NCBI GenBank assembly: GCA_013239625.1
Contig: MU054308.1
Location: forward strand, 169,356-233,355
Direction: 5' to 3'
Length of the DNA: 64,000 nt
Source: Lama guanicoe
Lineage: Eukaryota
In this document: in pieces, positions 28,930 to 41,698 of the stretch
Layout of the letters: each line of letters starts with the position of its first letter
Position numbering within the stretch: the stretch's first letter is position 1
Program-made: the position numbers and the translations under genes
Notes under the pieces: model-generated
Database searches by the model: none
What the model was told of the DNA's origin: nothing
The model's input: the letters and a program-made list of their open reading frames with translations, nothing else

Positions 28930-29120
28930 CTTATTATTAACCAGGGCAGTTCTAACATTGACAGATTCATTAATCCCCATAGCAACTCTATGAGGTGGGT
29001 ACTATTATTATCCCCACTTTATTGATGAGGAGCTTGATAAACACAGAGGCTAAATGACTTTTACAAGGTCAACAGCGAGAAACCAGCACAAGCGTTCCAG
29101 CCTGAGTCTACGCTCTTGGC
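28930..29120. mobile_element. MIR SINE
   Basis: MIR core tatgaggtgggtactattattatccccactttattgatgagg. Confidence 0.7.
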
Positions 29121-29155
29121 CATTTCTCTCTCTTTTTTTTTTTTTTTTTTGGTGG

Positions 29156-29198
29156 NNNNNNNNNNNNNNNNNNNNNNNNNNNNNNNNNNNNNNNNNNN
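29156..29198. other. Assembly gap (43 N)
   Basis: Run of N next to a SINE poly-T tail. Confidence 1.
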
Positions 29199-29199
29199 A

Positions 29200-29333
29200 A
29201 TAAGGTAATTCTGGTGGGGCGTGGGGACGTAATTAGGGTTATTTGTCTATTTTAGAGGAGGTGTTGGGGGCTGAACACAGGAACTTACGCGTGCTAAGCA
29301 TGCACCCCATTACTTGAGCTGTACCCTCCCCTC
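29200..29333 (-). mobile_element. Vic-1-like SINE
   Basis: gcgtgctaagcatgcaccccattacttgagctgtaccctcccc is the reverse tRNA-like head. Confidence 0.8.
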
Positions 29334-29614
29334 TCGAGTCTATGCTCTTAGCTGCTAATCCGCACTGCCCCACATGGTAACTCTGGGGGAACTACAGTTC
29401 ATTCATTCACTCACTCGTTAAACTCAGCCTTCCCGGTTCCTGGGATTCAGCAGTGAACACGACAACATAGTTCCTGCCCTAAATGAGCTTGTCGCCTCCT
29501 GACACATTATCTTAATTTTACCCAGGAAGAAACAAGGTCAAGAAGATTAGCCTTTTCCTGTTAACATCAGAGGATACATGAGGTGCTTTATTTCATTTCT
29601 GCCATTTGACTTAC

Positions 29615-29731
29615 ACCATGGGGAGGGAAAGCTACCTTGCAGATCCCGGAGCTCACAAGCCTGTTAATCCCGAATTTTTTTTTAACACTGTCCCTTATTT
29701 GATACTTCACCTGAGAAAGGATGAAGTAAAC
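29615..29731 (-). pseudogene. ANO6: ANO6 exon-6-like; open frame with +3 nt A-run expansion
   Basis: 117 nt, tttttag|GTT...GGT|gtaagt. Reads VYFILSQVKYQIRDSVKKKFGINRLVSSGICKVAFPPHG against human VYFILSRVKYQVINNVSKFGINRLVNSGIYKAAFPLHD. Confidence 0.92.
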
Positions 29732-29955
29732 CTAAAAAGATTCTAAGAGAGTGTGTGGTTTATACAGGGTAACTAACCAGCCACTGTTTACTATCCTAAC
29801 AGGAATCTGTAGTCATATTTCTTTTCTTTCCCTTTTTTCCTTTTTATGGGCAGCTTTTAAAAACCAAACCAAACCAAACAAACCAAAATAGTGATAATTC
29901 AACAGCAGGTTCTAAATCACCCCCAAGACAGCAGCTAAACTCTGTTTAGACTTAC

Positions 29956-30243
29956 AATGTGGCTTCTGGTGGCTGGATTGAAGAATGCATCTCTATCCTC
30001 AATATAAAAGTCATTCAAGTAGCTCTTCTCAAATAGGGCAATGAAAAACTCTTGCTCCGGCTTGATGATACTTTCATCCACTTGGAGGACTTTCATAAAA
30101 CAGCTGAAATTATCAAAGGCTGAGGATCGAGTTTTCAGATTATTTGGCTTCAGAGGCAATTTTATGTGCAGTATCTCAGCGTATGTACAGAGCACCTCCC
30201 ACAGGGTGTGTACTTTTGCAAATACAAGCTTGTCATCCAAAAC
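29956..30243 (-). pseudogene. ANO6: ANO6 exon-5-like; open frame, intact splice sites
   Basis: 288 nt, tag|GTT...ATT|gtaagt. Encodes VLDDKLVFAKVHTLWEVLCTYAEILHIKLPLKPNNLKTRSSAFDNFSCFMKVLQVDESIIKPEQEFFIALFEKSYLNDFYIEDRDAFFNPATRSHI (ORF track 29935..30240). Confidence 0.95.
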
Positions 30244-31118
30244 CTATATTGGGAGAATGAAAGCACAAACCAGGAAACTATTTTCACATTTTTAGTACAC
30301 AGATATTTCTTACATTGCTGGTAGTTAAAGCACTTATGCAAACACACACACACATATGACACTGGTAAAAGTGAATATATAATAAAAATAGATTTGCAAA
30401 CCATCATACATTTTTGCCTTAAAGATAATTTCTTTGTTGAAATTACTGAAAAGTTATGTAAAATCCTTAGAGTTCATTAATAAAATAACCAATGTTTTAG
30501 ATGAAAAGCAAACTTGTTAATTTGTAGTCCAAATTAGTAACTAAAAATAGAAACACCAAAATATTCTTTGCAGTGGTATTGTAATGACAATTTTTTAAAT
30601 TTCTGAAACCTAGGACTATTTACATATCTGTTCAATATAGTGTTAAACAGCCATTAAAAGGGATTTAAAAGAATTATATTTATTGATATGGAATATATAA
30701 TAAAAGGAAAAAGCAAAAAATGTGAAATAATAATTTTACTTTTTGGAAGGGAAAAATATCTACATTTGAACAAAAAATGTTTAGAAGGATTTTAAGATTC
30801 TTTATGTATAATTAAGGTGCAGATGATTTTTAATTCCACTGTTCTTTCATTTTCAATTTTGGGGGGGTTAATTTTTGTAATAAAAGAATTTTTAAAAAGG
30901 TTCTTGCATAAATACATTAATAGATATATTAATGGCTACATTCTCTGGCTATTAAAAAAAATCTCCTAGCTTTGGATCTGAAACATACATTCCATAATGC
31001 AGATTCTGACTGACTCGCCTCCCAGCCCACAGCGAAGGCACGGCTAGGGTGATATGTTTCAAATATCATTCCAGGTAACATGCAGGCTCCCAGCCAATGG
31101 CTGCAAGGGGACTGACAC

Positions 31119-31182
31119 TGATCTGGTTGCTCACAGCTGCAGACCTTCACAGATGAGGTTAGATTCAAAGGTCATGTTTTCT
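31119..31182 (-). pseudogene. ANO6: ANO6 exon-4-like remnant (frameshift and nonsense)
   Basis: ttttgacag acceptor. The homologous frame reads FESNLICEGLQL*ATRS (human YESNLICHGLQLEATRS). Length is 64 nt against 66 expected from the 22-codon human exon. TGA at 31133-31131. Confidence 0.85.
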
Positions 31183-31919
31183 CTGTCAAAAGAAATCAGA
31201 AAATGTTAGGCTTTTACTTTCACCAAGGGAACAAGAAGTTGTTTGATTATTTCTAGGCTAAAAAATAACAACAAACCAATTTGAACCTGATGAAAAGATA
31301 TTTGCTCAAAACAGCACAGTAGCAATGAAGGTGCTCTGGCTGACAGGGACTTGTTGGATTCCTGTGAGTGCTGGACTCCTCACATGGAATTTCCTTGGCA
31401 CTCTAGAAGGCCTGTGGTTGTCCCCATGGGTTTGTGGCCATATGTGGTGCACCAAAGTCTCTGGCTTTGACACAATTTCAAAGCCTTTTTTAGCTTATGA
31501 AAGTTTTGCACTCAAATATAGTTTTCTTGAGTCCACTCACTGATGTCATTCACCAGATTTATAGTACAGATCTGACATTCTAGACTCTTAAAATCTTGCA
31601 GACATTCAAATGGTTCAGGTTTGGATGTGTATTAACCTCTGCAGGCCTGGACCAAATTCGATAAAGCCACCTGGACAATTTCAGCAAAATGCAAAGATAT
31701 TTTTCTTTTTGCAAGACTGAAATGTCTGTGAAGCTGTAAAAATTTCTGCATCTACAAAAATAGGGAACCAACTCATCAATAACATATCTATCCATAATGC
31801 ATGGCCATTTAAGAAAATACTGTATTTACTGCTATTAAATTTTATATGGCTTTTGCCAAGTTGTGTCCTAAACTGTAAGGAAAGTATATAAATGTAGAGA
31901 ATTTTTGACCTTTTAAGAA

Positions 31920-32712
31920 AAAAAGGAACCCTCCTATTCGGTTGGTGGGAATGTAAATTGGTGCAGCCACTATGGAGGACAGTATAGAGGTTCCTTAAAA
32001 AACTTAAAATAGACTTCCATGTGATCCAGCTATCCCATTCATGGGTATATGTCTGGAGTAAAATATAATTCAAAAAGACACATGCACCCCAATGTTCACA
32101 TCAGCACTATTTACAATAGCCAAGACACTGAAACAACTCAAATGTTCACTGACAGATGACTGGATAAAGATGATGTGGTATATTATATATATATATGTAT
32201 ATATATATACATATATACACATATATATATATATATATACACACACATATATACACATGAGCACACACACACACACAATGGAATACTGCTCAGACATAAA
32301 AAATAAAATAATGCCATTTGCAATAACATGGATGGACCTACAGGGTATTATGCTAAGTGAAATAAGTCAGAGAAAGGAAAACAAATATTCTATGTATTAA
32401 CTTATATGTATATCTAAAAAATAAAAATAATAATGAGTATAATAAAACAGAAATAGACTCACAGGTACACAGAACAAACTGGTGGTTACCAATGGGAGAA
32501 GGATGAGAGGGGAGGCAGGAAGGGGTTAGGGGATTGAGAGGTAAAAAGTACTACGTATAAAATAGATAGGTTACAGAGCTGTATCATACAGCACAGGGAA
32601 ATATAGCCATCATTTTATGGTGACTTTAAATGGAATATAATCTATAAAAATATTGAGCCTCTGTGTTGTACACCTGAAACTAATATGATTTAAATCAACT
32701 ACTCAATTACAA
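31920..32712 (+). mobile_element. 5'-truncated L1 (ORF2 end and 3'UTR) with internal (TA/CA)n
   Basis: [26 protein letters not shown] peptide, then 3'UTR acagcacagggaaatatagcc. Confidence 0.85.
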
Positions 32713-32761
32713 AATTTTGATCAAAGTTTTCTTTTCATATTACTTGCAATAAGTTAGAAGC

Positions 32762-33049
32762 CAGCACTGTCAACAGAAACATAGTGCAAGTCACAATTTT
32801 CCAGTAATCCCATTTAGAAAATAAAAAGGAACAAGTGAAATTAATTCCAGTAATAATTATATTTATCCCAAAATATCCAATATACTATCATTTCAAAAGT
32901 GTGATTAACACTTTTAAAACATTAATAAATATTTTACATTATTTTTGTTGTACGAAATCTTGTAAATCTATTATGTATTTTCCACTTATAGAACATCTCA
33001 ATTCACAATAGCCACATGTGGCTGGTGGCTACCATACTAGACAGAGTAG
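32762..33049 (+). mobile_element. MER33 hAT-Charlie DNA transposon
   Basis: cagcactgtcaacagaaa...atagccacatgtggctggtggctaccatactagacagagtag follows the MER33 consensus. Confidence 0.8.
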
Positions 33050-33416
33050 ATTACACCATTCACACTTCTGATAAATTACCTACTCTTACTTATTTTAAAA
33101 ACTTGCAGAAAAGGCTTTAGATATTCCCTATATCAAACAAAGCAACCTTGATGGGTGGGGAGTACCTTCATTATAAAGTGAAAAATAAAGGTAAGAGAGC
33201 CATGGTTACATGTATGTTAATGTAACAATACCTTCTTAATTCATTCAGGACTTTACAATCTTTCCTCATATGCCAAGGATTCACTGTCAGTGTGCAATGT
33301 TTTTCACTATTATCATCTTTGGAATTGAGAGGCTTCTGATGACCCTGCTTTGTGCATCTGTACATAAAAGAAAATAACAAAACAGAGAAAAAGACTTTAT
33401 TAAAGATAATTTAGTG

Positions 33417-33572
33417 GGGAGGGTATAGCTCAAGTGAAAGAGCATATTCTTAGCATGCACAAGGGCCTGGGTTCAATCCCCAGTACTTCTTCTAAAAATA
33501 AAATAAATAAACAAAAACCTAATTACCACCCTTTGCAAAAAATTAATTAATTACTTTAATTAAAAGTTAAAA
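33417..33572 (+). mobile_element. Vic-1-like SINE with perfect 15-bp TSD
   Basis: ggggagggtatagctcaagtgaaagagc...gggttcaatccccagtac; TSD aaagataatttagtg at 33402 and 33573. Confidence 0.9.
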
Positions 33573-34629
33573 AAAGATAATTTAGTGCAGGCTTATCAGG
33601 CTACAAGAGCTACAATGAATGTCACCCCCATTCATTTAGAGGAAGTCTCACAGTATTTCCCAACATAAAGGCTAAAATATAATTCAGAACACTTTCTGAT
33701 GGTCAGCATGATTTTAACAAAAAGTAGATAATTACCTCCCTGGTGTCAAAGCTGTGAGAGATTTGCACAGAAAATTTAGTAAAAATGGTTTTGCAACTAC
33801 ATTCAAAAGAAATGCTGAGAAATGATCTTTTCTGTTGGAGATTAGCCTACTTTTACATTCTGCAGTAGGCATATATATTTAAAAACCAGGCAGGAACTGG
33901 ACCATATTTTACACATACTTTAGAAACTGATTTGAATTTTGCTATCTACCTGCAAGGATATATTTTAGGTACAAACATAAACTGGCCACTATACTAAATT
34001 TTGTTTCTCTGTTTGCTTAATCCTCACAACTCTGTAAGCTGCTATTATTATCCCCATATAACAGATAAAGAGCTTGAGGCAGAAAATAATTTGGGTAACT
34101 TGGTAAATGTTGGAGCTGGGTAAGACTGCAGCCAGTCTGACACTCAAGTCCATTCTCACTGATGTCTAACAGTGCTACCTACATTCAGCAATGACAATTG
34201 ATTTCATATTTAAGTGTGTCATTTCTAAAACTGCAAAGCTTTATTAGTACTGCAGTGTAAATTTTTCTTTTGAGATGTGATTGCCCAAAAAATAAATAAA
34301 TAAATAAAATCAGGGTGCCACTGAGGGGAGGGTGAACTGCATATGGACAGACAAAAGGGAACTTTTTGAGGACACAGTTGCACAACTCTAGAAATAGCTA
34401 AAATGGCTGACTTGTACAATTATAATATGTGAATTTTATGGCCTGTAAGTTATACCTTAATACAGCTATTAAATTAAGAAACTGGTATACCAAATTAAGC
34501 CTAAAACACATATATATATATATATCACACAAAGAACAACAGGCAAATATCATTATTTACTGCACAAATTTCCTTCATGCAGCTTCCTTTCCTCACCCGT
34601 TCCTGAAATGAAGATTCACTTTTAAAATA

Positions 34630-35640
34630 CTCTTTTAATTTATTCAGCAAATAATTTTTGACTGACAAGTATGTACCCAGGACTAGTATAGGCACTTGGA
34701 ATAGATCAATAAACAAAACAAAAGTCCTGTCCTCACGGAGCTTGGAGTCTAGTTGGGGCAGGGGGTGGAGATGACAATTCACACAACAGAGCAGCAGAGG
34801 AGGTGGCATATTACAAAAGAGGAACCATGGAAAAAAGAAAAAAGGACAAGGTAAAGAGAGTTGAGAGTATGGGATGAGGGTGATGTTATATTAAATACCA
34901 GAGCAGGCCACACTGAGGACTGAGGTTAGAACTAGGACTAGGAGGTGAGAAGGCCCATGTGGAAGGAATAACCATCACCAAGGCCAGTGCGCACCTCGCA
35001 TGTTCCAGAATGGGGGCATGGCTGGGGCTGCAGAGAAGGGTCAGTGCAGATCCTGTACAGCCTTGGAGGACGTTGTAAGGACTGTGGCTTTTACCCGGAG
35101 TGAAATGGGGAGGCACTGCAGAAGGACGACACAATCTAACTTAGGTTTTCAAAGGCTCACTTGACTGCCGGGTGAGAATAGTCTAAACGGGTCAGAGATG
35201 AAAGGAGGGAAGCCACTGAGAAGTGCTGTGTAGGAGGAGAGGACAGTGGCTCAGGGCAGGGAAACAGCAGTGGAGGCAGGAGCCATGGTGAGAAGTGGCT
35301 GGGTTCTGGATATGTTTTAAAAGCAGTGTTAAACCAGATCTATTGACAGAATTCATGTGGTATGTCAGTGAGAGTCAGAATAACTTCAAGTTTTTTGACC
35401 CAAGCAGCTGGAAAGATTAAGTTTCCACTAACTGAATGGGGGAGGATGCAGAAAGAACCAGTTCAGGGGACCAAGAGCTCAGATTTTACACATGTTGGCT
35501 TTAAGATATCAGAGTTCCAACTGAAGTTGTCAAATCAGCAGAAGATTGTAAGAGTCCAGAGTTGGAGAGAAAAAGTCTAGCGGGAGACATAAATGTGGGA
35601 ATCATGGGTCACACAGGTGGTACAGGAAGCCATGAAACCC
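34630..35640 (-). mobile_element. L2 LINE relic
   Basis: ttattcagcaaataatttttgactgacaagtatgtacccagg...aaagtcctgtcctcacggagctt is a typical reversed L2 3' end. Confidence 0.7.
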
Positions 35641-36899
35641 AGGTACTTAAACATTAAAGTAACCTGGAATTAACCATAGAAGTTATCCTTGCTCATGTCC
35701 CCAGGCCCAGAATCAACACTAATTGAGAGATGCCTGATCCCTTGAGGGCCTGTCTACTTGGTGTGGATATCAGTCCTGTTTCCCAATCACGCGAGTTTTT
35801 AAAGGGAACTTACAAATGAATGAGTGCAAGACACTGCCCCCAGTGGGTGGGTCTTGACCTGGAGTGGGAGAATGAGATTGTGCACGCTGCTCCCTATGGC
35901 CGTGTGCGTGTGTGCGCGCGCGCATGCATGTGTGTGTGCACAGGCGGATGAGTTACACCTGGCTTAAGAAAAAGAGCTAGTAAGTCTAGAATCTGAAAGA
36001 TGAAAGAACATCCAGATCTGGTCGAGGGAACAGGGGAAACACTGTGTACTGTAAGACATATCCCCATAATGCCATTTCCCACCATCCTCTCATCAGGAAC
36101 ACAGTTGGAAAGGGGGGGGATTATGTAGATATGTGTGATGTACACAAACTTTCTGACCATGTAACACTGAATATCTACATTTGTAACAAGTTAATGATAT
36201 TTATATCTGCTTCAAGTTTAATAACTTAAGTTCACAACAGAGGGAAAATAAAATATTGAGGACTGGTAGAACTATCATAGAAGGCTCAGAATGGAAGCAA
36301 AACCAGCTCTGCCCACAAAGAATGTCATTAATGTCAAGAATGTTTATATTTGTTTAAGAAATTGAGATTTACAAATTCCTGCTTTAAAGAATTAACTTAA
36401 GACAGATACAATACAATAAGCAACGTCTGTACTGGTGATTTCTTAAAGCTATTTTAAGTTCCTGTTTTTTCTGATGTACTCCAGAAACTCTGCAAAGAAA
36501 AGCTTCTACTCAAAGGCTTAAAGGAATAAAGAAGAAATAACACTGCATTCTTTTAAGCGTTCTCTGTACTGAGAGTCACTTGCAAATGCAGCACCCAGCC
36601 ACAGGTCTACATTTTTAACAATAAAGTCTTTTGTACAATTTTTCAATTGCTATGTGACTTTGTGTCAGTCTCTCACTCAGAAGCAGAATGGAGTACCAGA
36701 AAATGACACACCATGTCTAAAACTACAGATGTGGAAAATGAACATGCACCAGGAAACAGCCAAGTGGGAGCAATAAGGTTTACCTTTTAAGTTACTGTAA
36801 GTGCAGTTACACCTTCTCCCTGCTTCCCCTGTAAAGAGTTAGTCTCATGCAGAAAATCTCTCATTCTGAGAACTGTCTTCTTTAAAATATTTGGAGATT

Positions 36900-37064
36900 C
36901 TTTTTTAATATTTTTATTTATTTATTATTGTATTATTTAATTATTTTTATTTTGGCAGGGCATAGTTATTAAATTTATTTATTTTTGGAGGAGGTACTGG
37001 GGATTGAGCCCAGGACCTTGTGCATGCTAATCACGAGCTCTACCACTTGAACTATACCCTCCCC
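36900..37064 (-). mobile_element. Vic-1-like SINE
   Basis: gaggtactggggattgagcccaggacc...ccacttgaactataccctcccc plus T-rich tail. Confidence 0.85.
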
Positions 37065-40000
37065 AGGAAATTCTATTTTAAATTTCTTTTACTTTTAAGT
37101 CTTTCCCAACTCTACATCCCATAACCAGTATTAAAATTATCCAATAGCCTATTGTTACAAAACATAGCCTACAAGAGCTGAGGTTTCCCAGGGTTTGGAT
37201 CCCAGAACTCTGCTACAGGATAATCCTAAAGCCTTCCTTCCATAACTGATTTTTCTGCCAATTTCCAGCTGCAGGCAAGGTCGGCTTCTCAGACCAAGTA
37301 ACTTTCTAAATCTGCCTAGGAACACTCTATTGCTAGTAATGGAATTCTTAGACAGGAAGCACACAAAGCCCCTAGTGAGGGCTGCCTCCTTCAATCAAGA
37401 TGCTATCGCCAAGCAGAGAATTAAACCTACTGCAAAACTTCTGAAGACATCTTAGAAATAACATAGTTTCTTTAGATGCATACTATTTGCTCTGGAATAC
37501 TGATTTCCAGTGGAGGGAACAAATGACCACATGACCCAAGCAATTCTTTTTTAAACTGCACATAACCGTCCCTCTTCATGTGAGGATTCAGGCAAGCCCT
37601 TCTTACAGGTCTACGTATAACAGAATGACAGTACCTCTAGGGGTGGGGTGAAAGGCAGCTAGGAAGATTTTCAGTGAAAGGGGGTGATGTAATAGGCCCC
37701 ATTGCTCACTTACCTCCCACCACAGGACAATCATCTCAGATCAAGAACAAACAATTTAGGAAACAGAGTTTTCTTTTTTTTTTTTTTATGGTTTTCTGGT
37801 AGAAATAATGCCTTGAGCCATGTGAAGTTGTGGCTGCAAAATTGAAGAGGAGACCAGATATTTTCACATTCAGGACACAAATACTCAGCCTCTGGGTGGC
37901 CACCATCTCTGCTCTCCCCTTTGCCTGTTCACCCCAAAAGCTGCAGTTCTCCCCTGCTTGCAATGACACCCACCACTTCTCACAAATTCCTGCCAAGTTC
38001 ACGTCAGCAGCTGGTGGTGTCAAAGTCACCATTTGTACTGCTATGAAGTCCCTCCATTACTTTATATCCCTTCTATTTTCTCTGTTGTCTTCCTTGCTAC
38101 ACTTGCATTCAGAAGCTGGGTACCACACAAATATTGTCTCTGTAATCAGTCCAGGATATAGGAAGAAGGGATTCAACTGTAACCAGTCCCAGAATACTTG
38201 CCATGCCACTCTAGTTTCCCAACAAAATACTCTGGCATCCCTCATCTCACCCAAAGAACCACTGCATTACTTAGAGGTTGTAAAAGTAGAGGTCTTTCTC
38301 CACTGGGAACACTGTGGCTTGTGGTAGAGTTGTGCTTTCAGCTTTTGCAACTAGTTATAGGCAAAAAGATATGTTCTGCAAATTTTCTTCAAGTGTTTGG
38401 AATTTAAACTTTTATTAGATACAAAGTCGGTGGACTAACTGTAATCTATAAACATATGGTCATATTGCCAAATAATGTTCATGTCCACCTTACAGACATG
38501 TAAGAACTTGAATTATACCTGCAGTCTATAGGCCTTTAGAATTGGGTGTGAAGAATCCTGTGAGATAAAAAACCTCCTATCCAGTCACAGAACACCTTAC
38601 AGACAACATCACATTAATGCCACTGAATACATTAGTATAGTCCATGTATGGCTAAAAGTTACATTTCCAATTTCTCAGAGCTGGAAAGGAGATGTCTAGA
38701 AAAGCTGGAAATGCCCAATTACCAAAACAGCTCAACAGTTAAAGCAGACTCCTGCACCTTCCAGAGTGGTGGCCAGAGGGGGCGTTACCCACCAACCTGT
38801 CCTACCCCAGGACGTGGTGTGTGGGGAAGCAGGCATGAGGGGGTGGCTGGGACTCGGAGGTGGAGAAGTGATGAAAGCAGGAATGGAACTGCTCTGATCC
38901 TAGAACAACAGACCTGTAAAAAGCTCGGCTTCAGTTCAACCCGCTCCCTCTCCCACTTTCCCTCCCACCTACGTGACAAACAGCACAGCCAGGAACTTTC
39001 TGTCCCTGACCGGGACTAATAGCAGGAAAGGGAACAGGGTAAAAGCATGTCCTATAAAAGATCAGTCTCATTTTAAAGACTATGTTATGAACAATGTATA
39101 GCACTGTCAGAGTGGGGCATTGTGAGGCAATCAAATAAGGAGGAGGAGGTTGAGGATCCATTTCCAGCAATTTCATATCTTTTACCACTCATATTTCTGA
39201 CCTTTCTTTTGCCATTTTTTGTAGCACTGCCATCACTGGCACGTAAGTGGGCAGCAATGTGACTTGGACATTTGGCTGATGGGGCTACATTTCCCAGCAC
39301 TGGAATGAAAAGGCACTGGAAAAGGATCAGCTGGAAGATGTGAACGGTGGTCCTGGCCTGTGACCAAAACTAACCAGGTGACCCTGGGTTAGGCTCTTAC
39401 TCTCTCTGGGCTTCTGGCTGTGTACTTATATAATAAGGTTTTGTCATTCCACAAATATATCCAATATGAAATGTAATGTGAAATACAAATATAATGACAT
39501 CTCACCTGCTTGCCTCAGGGAACTGTACAAGCACTGAACACTATGTGAATATAAACACAAAGTTAAGAAAACTGTTGAGGTAGAGCGCTAAACTGAACAT
39601 GGAGATAAATTTTTATGGATTTTCTTGGCTTTCTTTTTTAATTGTAACACTGAATTAATAGTTATTAGTTATACTCCACACCAGCACCCCTGTGAATAAA
39701 TAAAGTAGGTAAGCACTGTCTAGATGCCTGCTCTTGCCCGATGCTAAGCAGGGTGAAGGGTATAAAGGAGGCTGAACAAGGGAGTCTTCTCCAGTTACCA
39801 GCTAAGCGAGAAGGCACATTGGAAACCACCCGGGAATTGTGCCAAGTCAGTACTCAAAGCCAAGATTACACATTACTGATCATAAACAGTGCAGGAATAC
39901 AAAGAGGAGCTAGAAGTATTTGGAGTAAATAGGGAAGACTCTATGAAGGGGATGGGGCTCCAATTAGTTCTCAGGGCAATTCTAAGCTGTTGTAACTGAG

Positions 40001-40569
40001 GACTGGATAGGAAAAAGCTGGAGACTCCTGGCTTTTGATAAGGCACAGGTTACTCTAGGAGGCTAAGGCACATAATGATTGGAACACATAAGGTAAGGCC
40101 AAAATGATGGAGGGCCGAGACCACCTGGCTGAGAGATCTGGTTGTGGTAAGTCTTTGACTTGACTCTAGATGTTGGAGGGTCAAACTGTAGGTGAACTGA
40201 AAGGGGGGGACAGAATATCCAAGAGTTCAACAGAAGGAAACATTCAAGTATCAGGGATGAAAGCTCTTCATCAGAGTATCAGCAATCAGAATAGACACTT
40301 GAAGCCGAAAACATACAGTTCCAGATGCTGACAAAATGTGGAGGGTGGTGAGAGAAAGATTAAATCAAACACCATTCCAAGCCTTTCTCTATTCAGGACT
40401 GGAAGAATGATTATCCCACTGAATAAGTGGAGACGCTGCAAGAAAAAGATTATGAAACCAGCTTTAGACATGTTGAATGTGACATATGAGCTAAGAGTAG
40501 GTGTTCTCTAAGAAGCTCAAAATTCAAAACTGAAGCACAGATCTAGAGTACAGGTTGAAGATGTAGATG

Positions 40570-41698
40570 GACAAGACACGATAAATCTAAAAGAAAGCAT
40601 AGGCAAAACATTCTCTGACATAAATCTTAGCAACATTCTCCAAGGGCAATCTACCCAGGCAATGGAAATAAGAGCAAAAGTAAACAAATGGGACATAATT
40701 AAACTCATAATTTTCTGCACAGCAAAGGCAAATATAAATAAACCAAACAACAATCTATGAATGGAAGAAAATATTTGCATATGATACGACTAACAAAGGC
40801 TTAATTTCCAGAATATATAAACAGCTCATAAAACTTAATAACAAAAAAATAAACAACTCAATCCAAAAATAGGTAGAAGTCCTAAACAAGCATTTCTCCA
40901 ATGTAGACACACAAATGGCTAATAGGCACATGAGAAAATGCTCAATATCACTAATTAACAAAGAAATGCAAATCAAAACTACAATGATGTATCAGCTCAC
41001 ACTGGTCAGAATGGCCATCACTGAGAAGTTCATCAATCATAAATGCTAGAGGCTGTGTAGAAAAGGAAGCCCTATTACACTGATGGTAAGAATGCAGTTT
41101 GGTGTAGTCATTATGTAATTCATGAAAATCCCTCAAAAAACTAAAAGTAGACTTACCCTATGATCCAGTAATTCCACTTCTGGGTATATAACTGGAGGGA
41201 ACTCCAATGTGAAAAGATACCTGAACCTCAGTATTCGTAGCACCACTGTATACAATAGCCAAGACATGGAGGCAACCTAAATGTAGCAACTGATGACTGG
41301 ATAAAGAAGATGTGGTATATTTATACAATGGAATGCTACTCTACCATGAAAAGGACAAAATAACACCTTTGCAGCAACATGGATGGACCTAGAGATCGTC
41401 ATTCTAAGTGAAGGGAGACAGAAACAAAAAAATATCAAATGATGTATCACTCATATGCACAACCTAAAAAAAGAAAAAAATAAAACACTGTGAACTCATC
41501 TAAAAAACAGAAACAGACCTGCAGACTTAGTAAACAATCTTAAGGTTACCAAGGAAAGGGGATGGGAAGGGATAAATTCGGGAATTTGCGATTTACAAAT
41601 GTTAGCCACTATATATAAAAATAGATTTTAAATAAATTTTCTTCTGTATAGCACAGAAACCAATGTTCATTATCCAGCAATAACCTATAATGAAAAAG
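40570..41698 (+). mobile_element. L1 fragment (ORF2 end and 3'UTR), truncated at its 3' end
   Basis: Parallels 19810-20900 and 8019-8130, but stops at ataacctataatgaaaaag without terminal 3'UTR or poly(A). Confidence 0.85.

Larger units (their letters stand above)
1137..31182 (-). pseudogene. ANO6: Unprocessed partial pseudogene of anoctamin-6 (TMEM16F scramblase): exons equivalent to 4-8 and 11
   Basis: Six colinear minus-strand exons with AG acceptors translate to ANO6-like peptides, e.g. VLDDKLVFAKVHTLWEVLCTYAEILHIKLPLKP, LLYREWAPPRSIDKKQPLDLI, YGEKVRIYFTWLGYYTQMLLLAA, LEFWKRCQAELEYKWD. Multiple frameshifts and stops are present. It may continue left of the window. Confidence 0.93.

Noticed and set aside
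37830..38327. 165-aa ORF inside the ANO6 intronic region
   Set aside because: GTG start, no recognisable motif, no exon signals.
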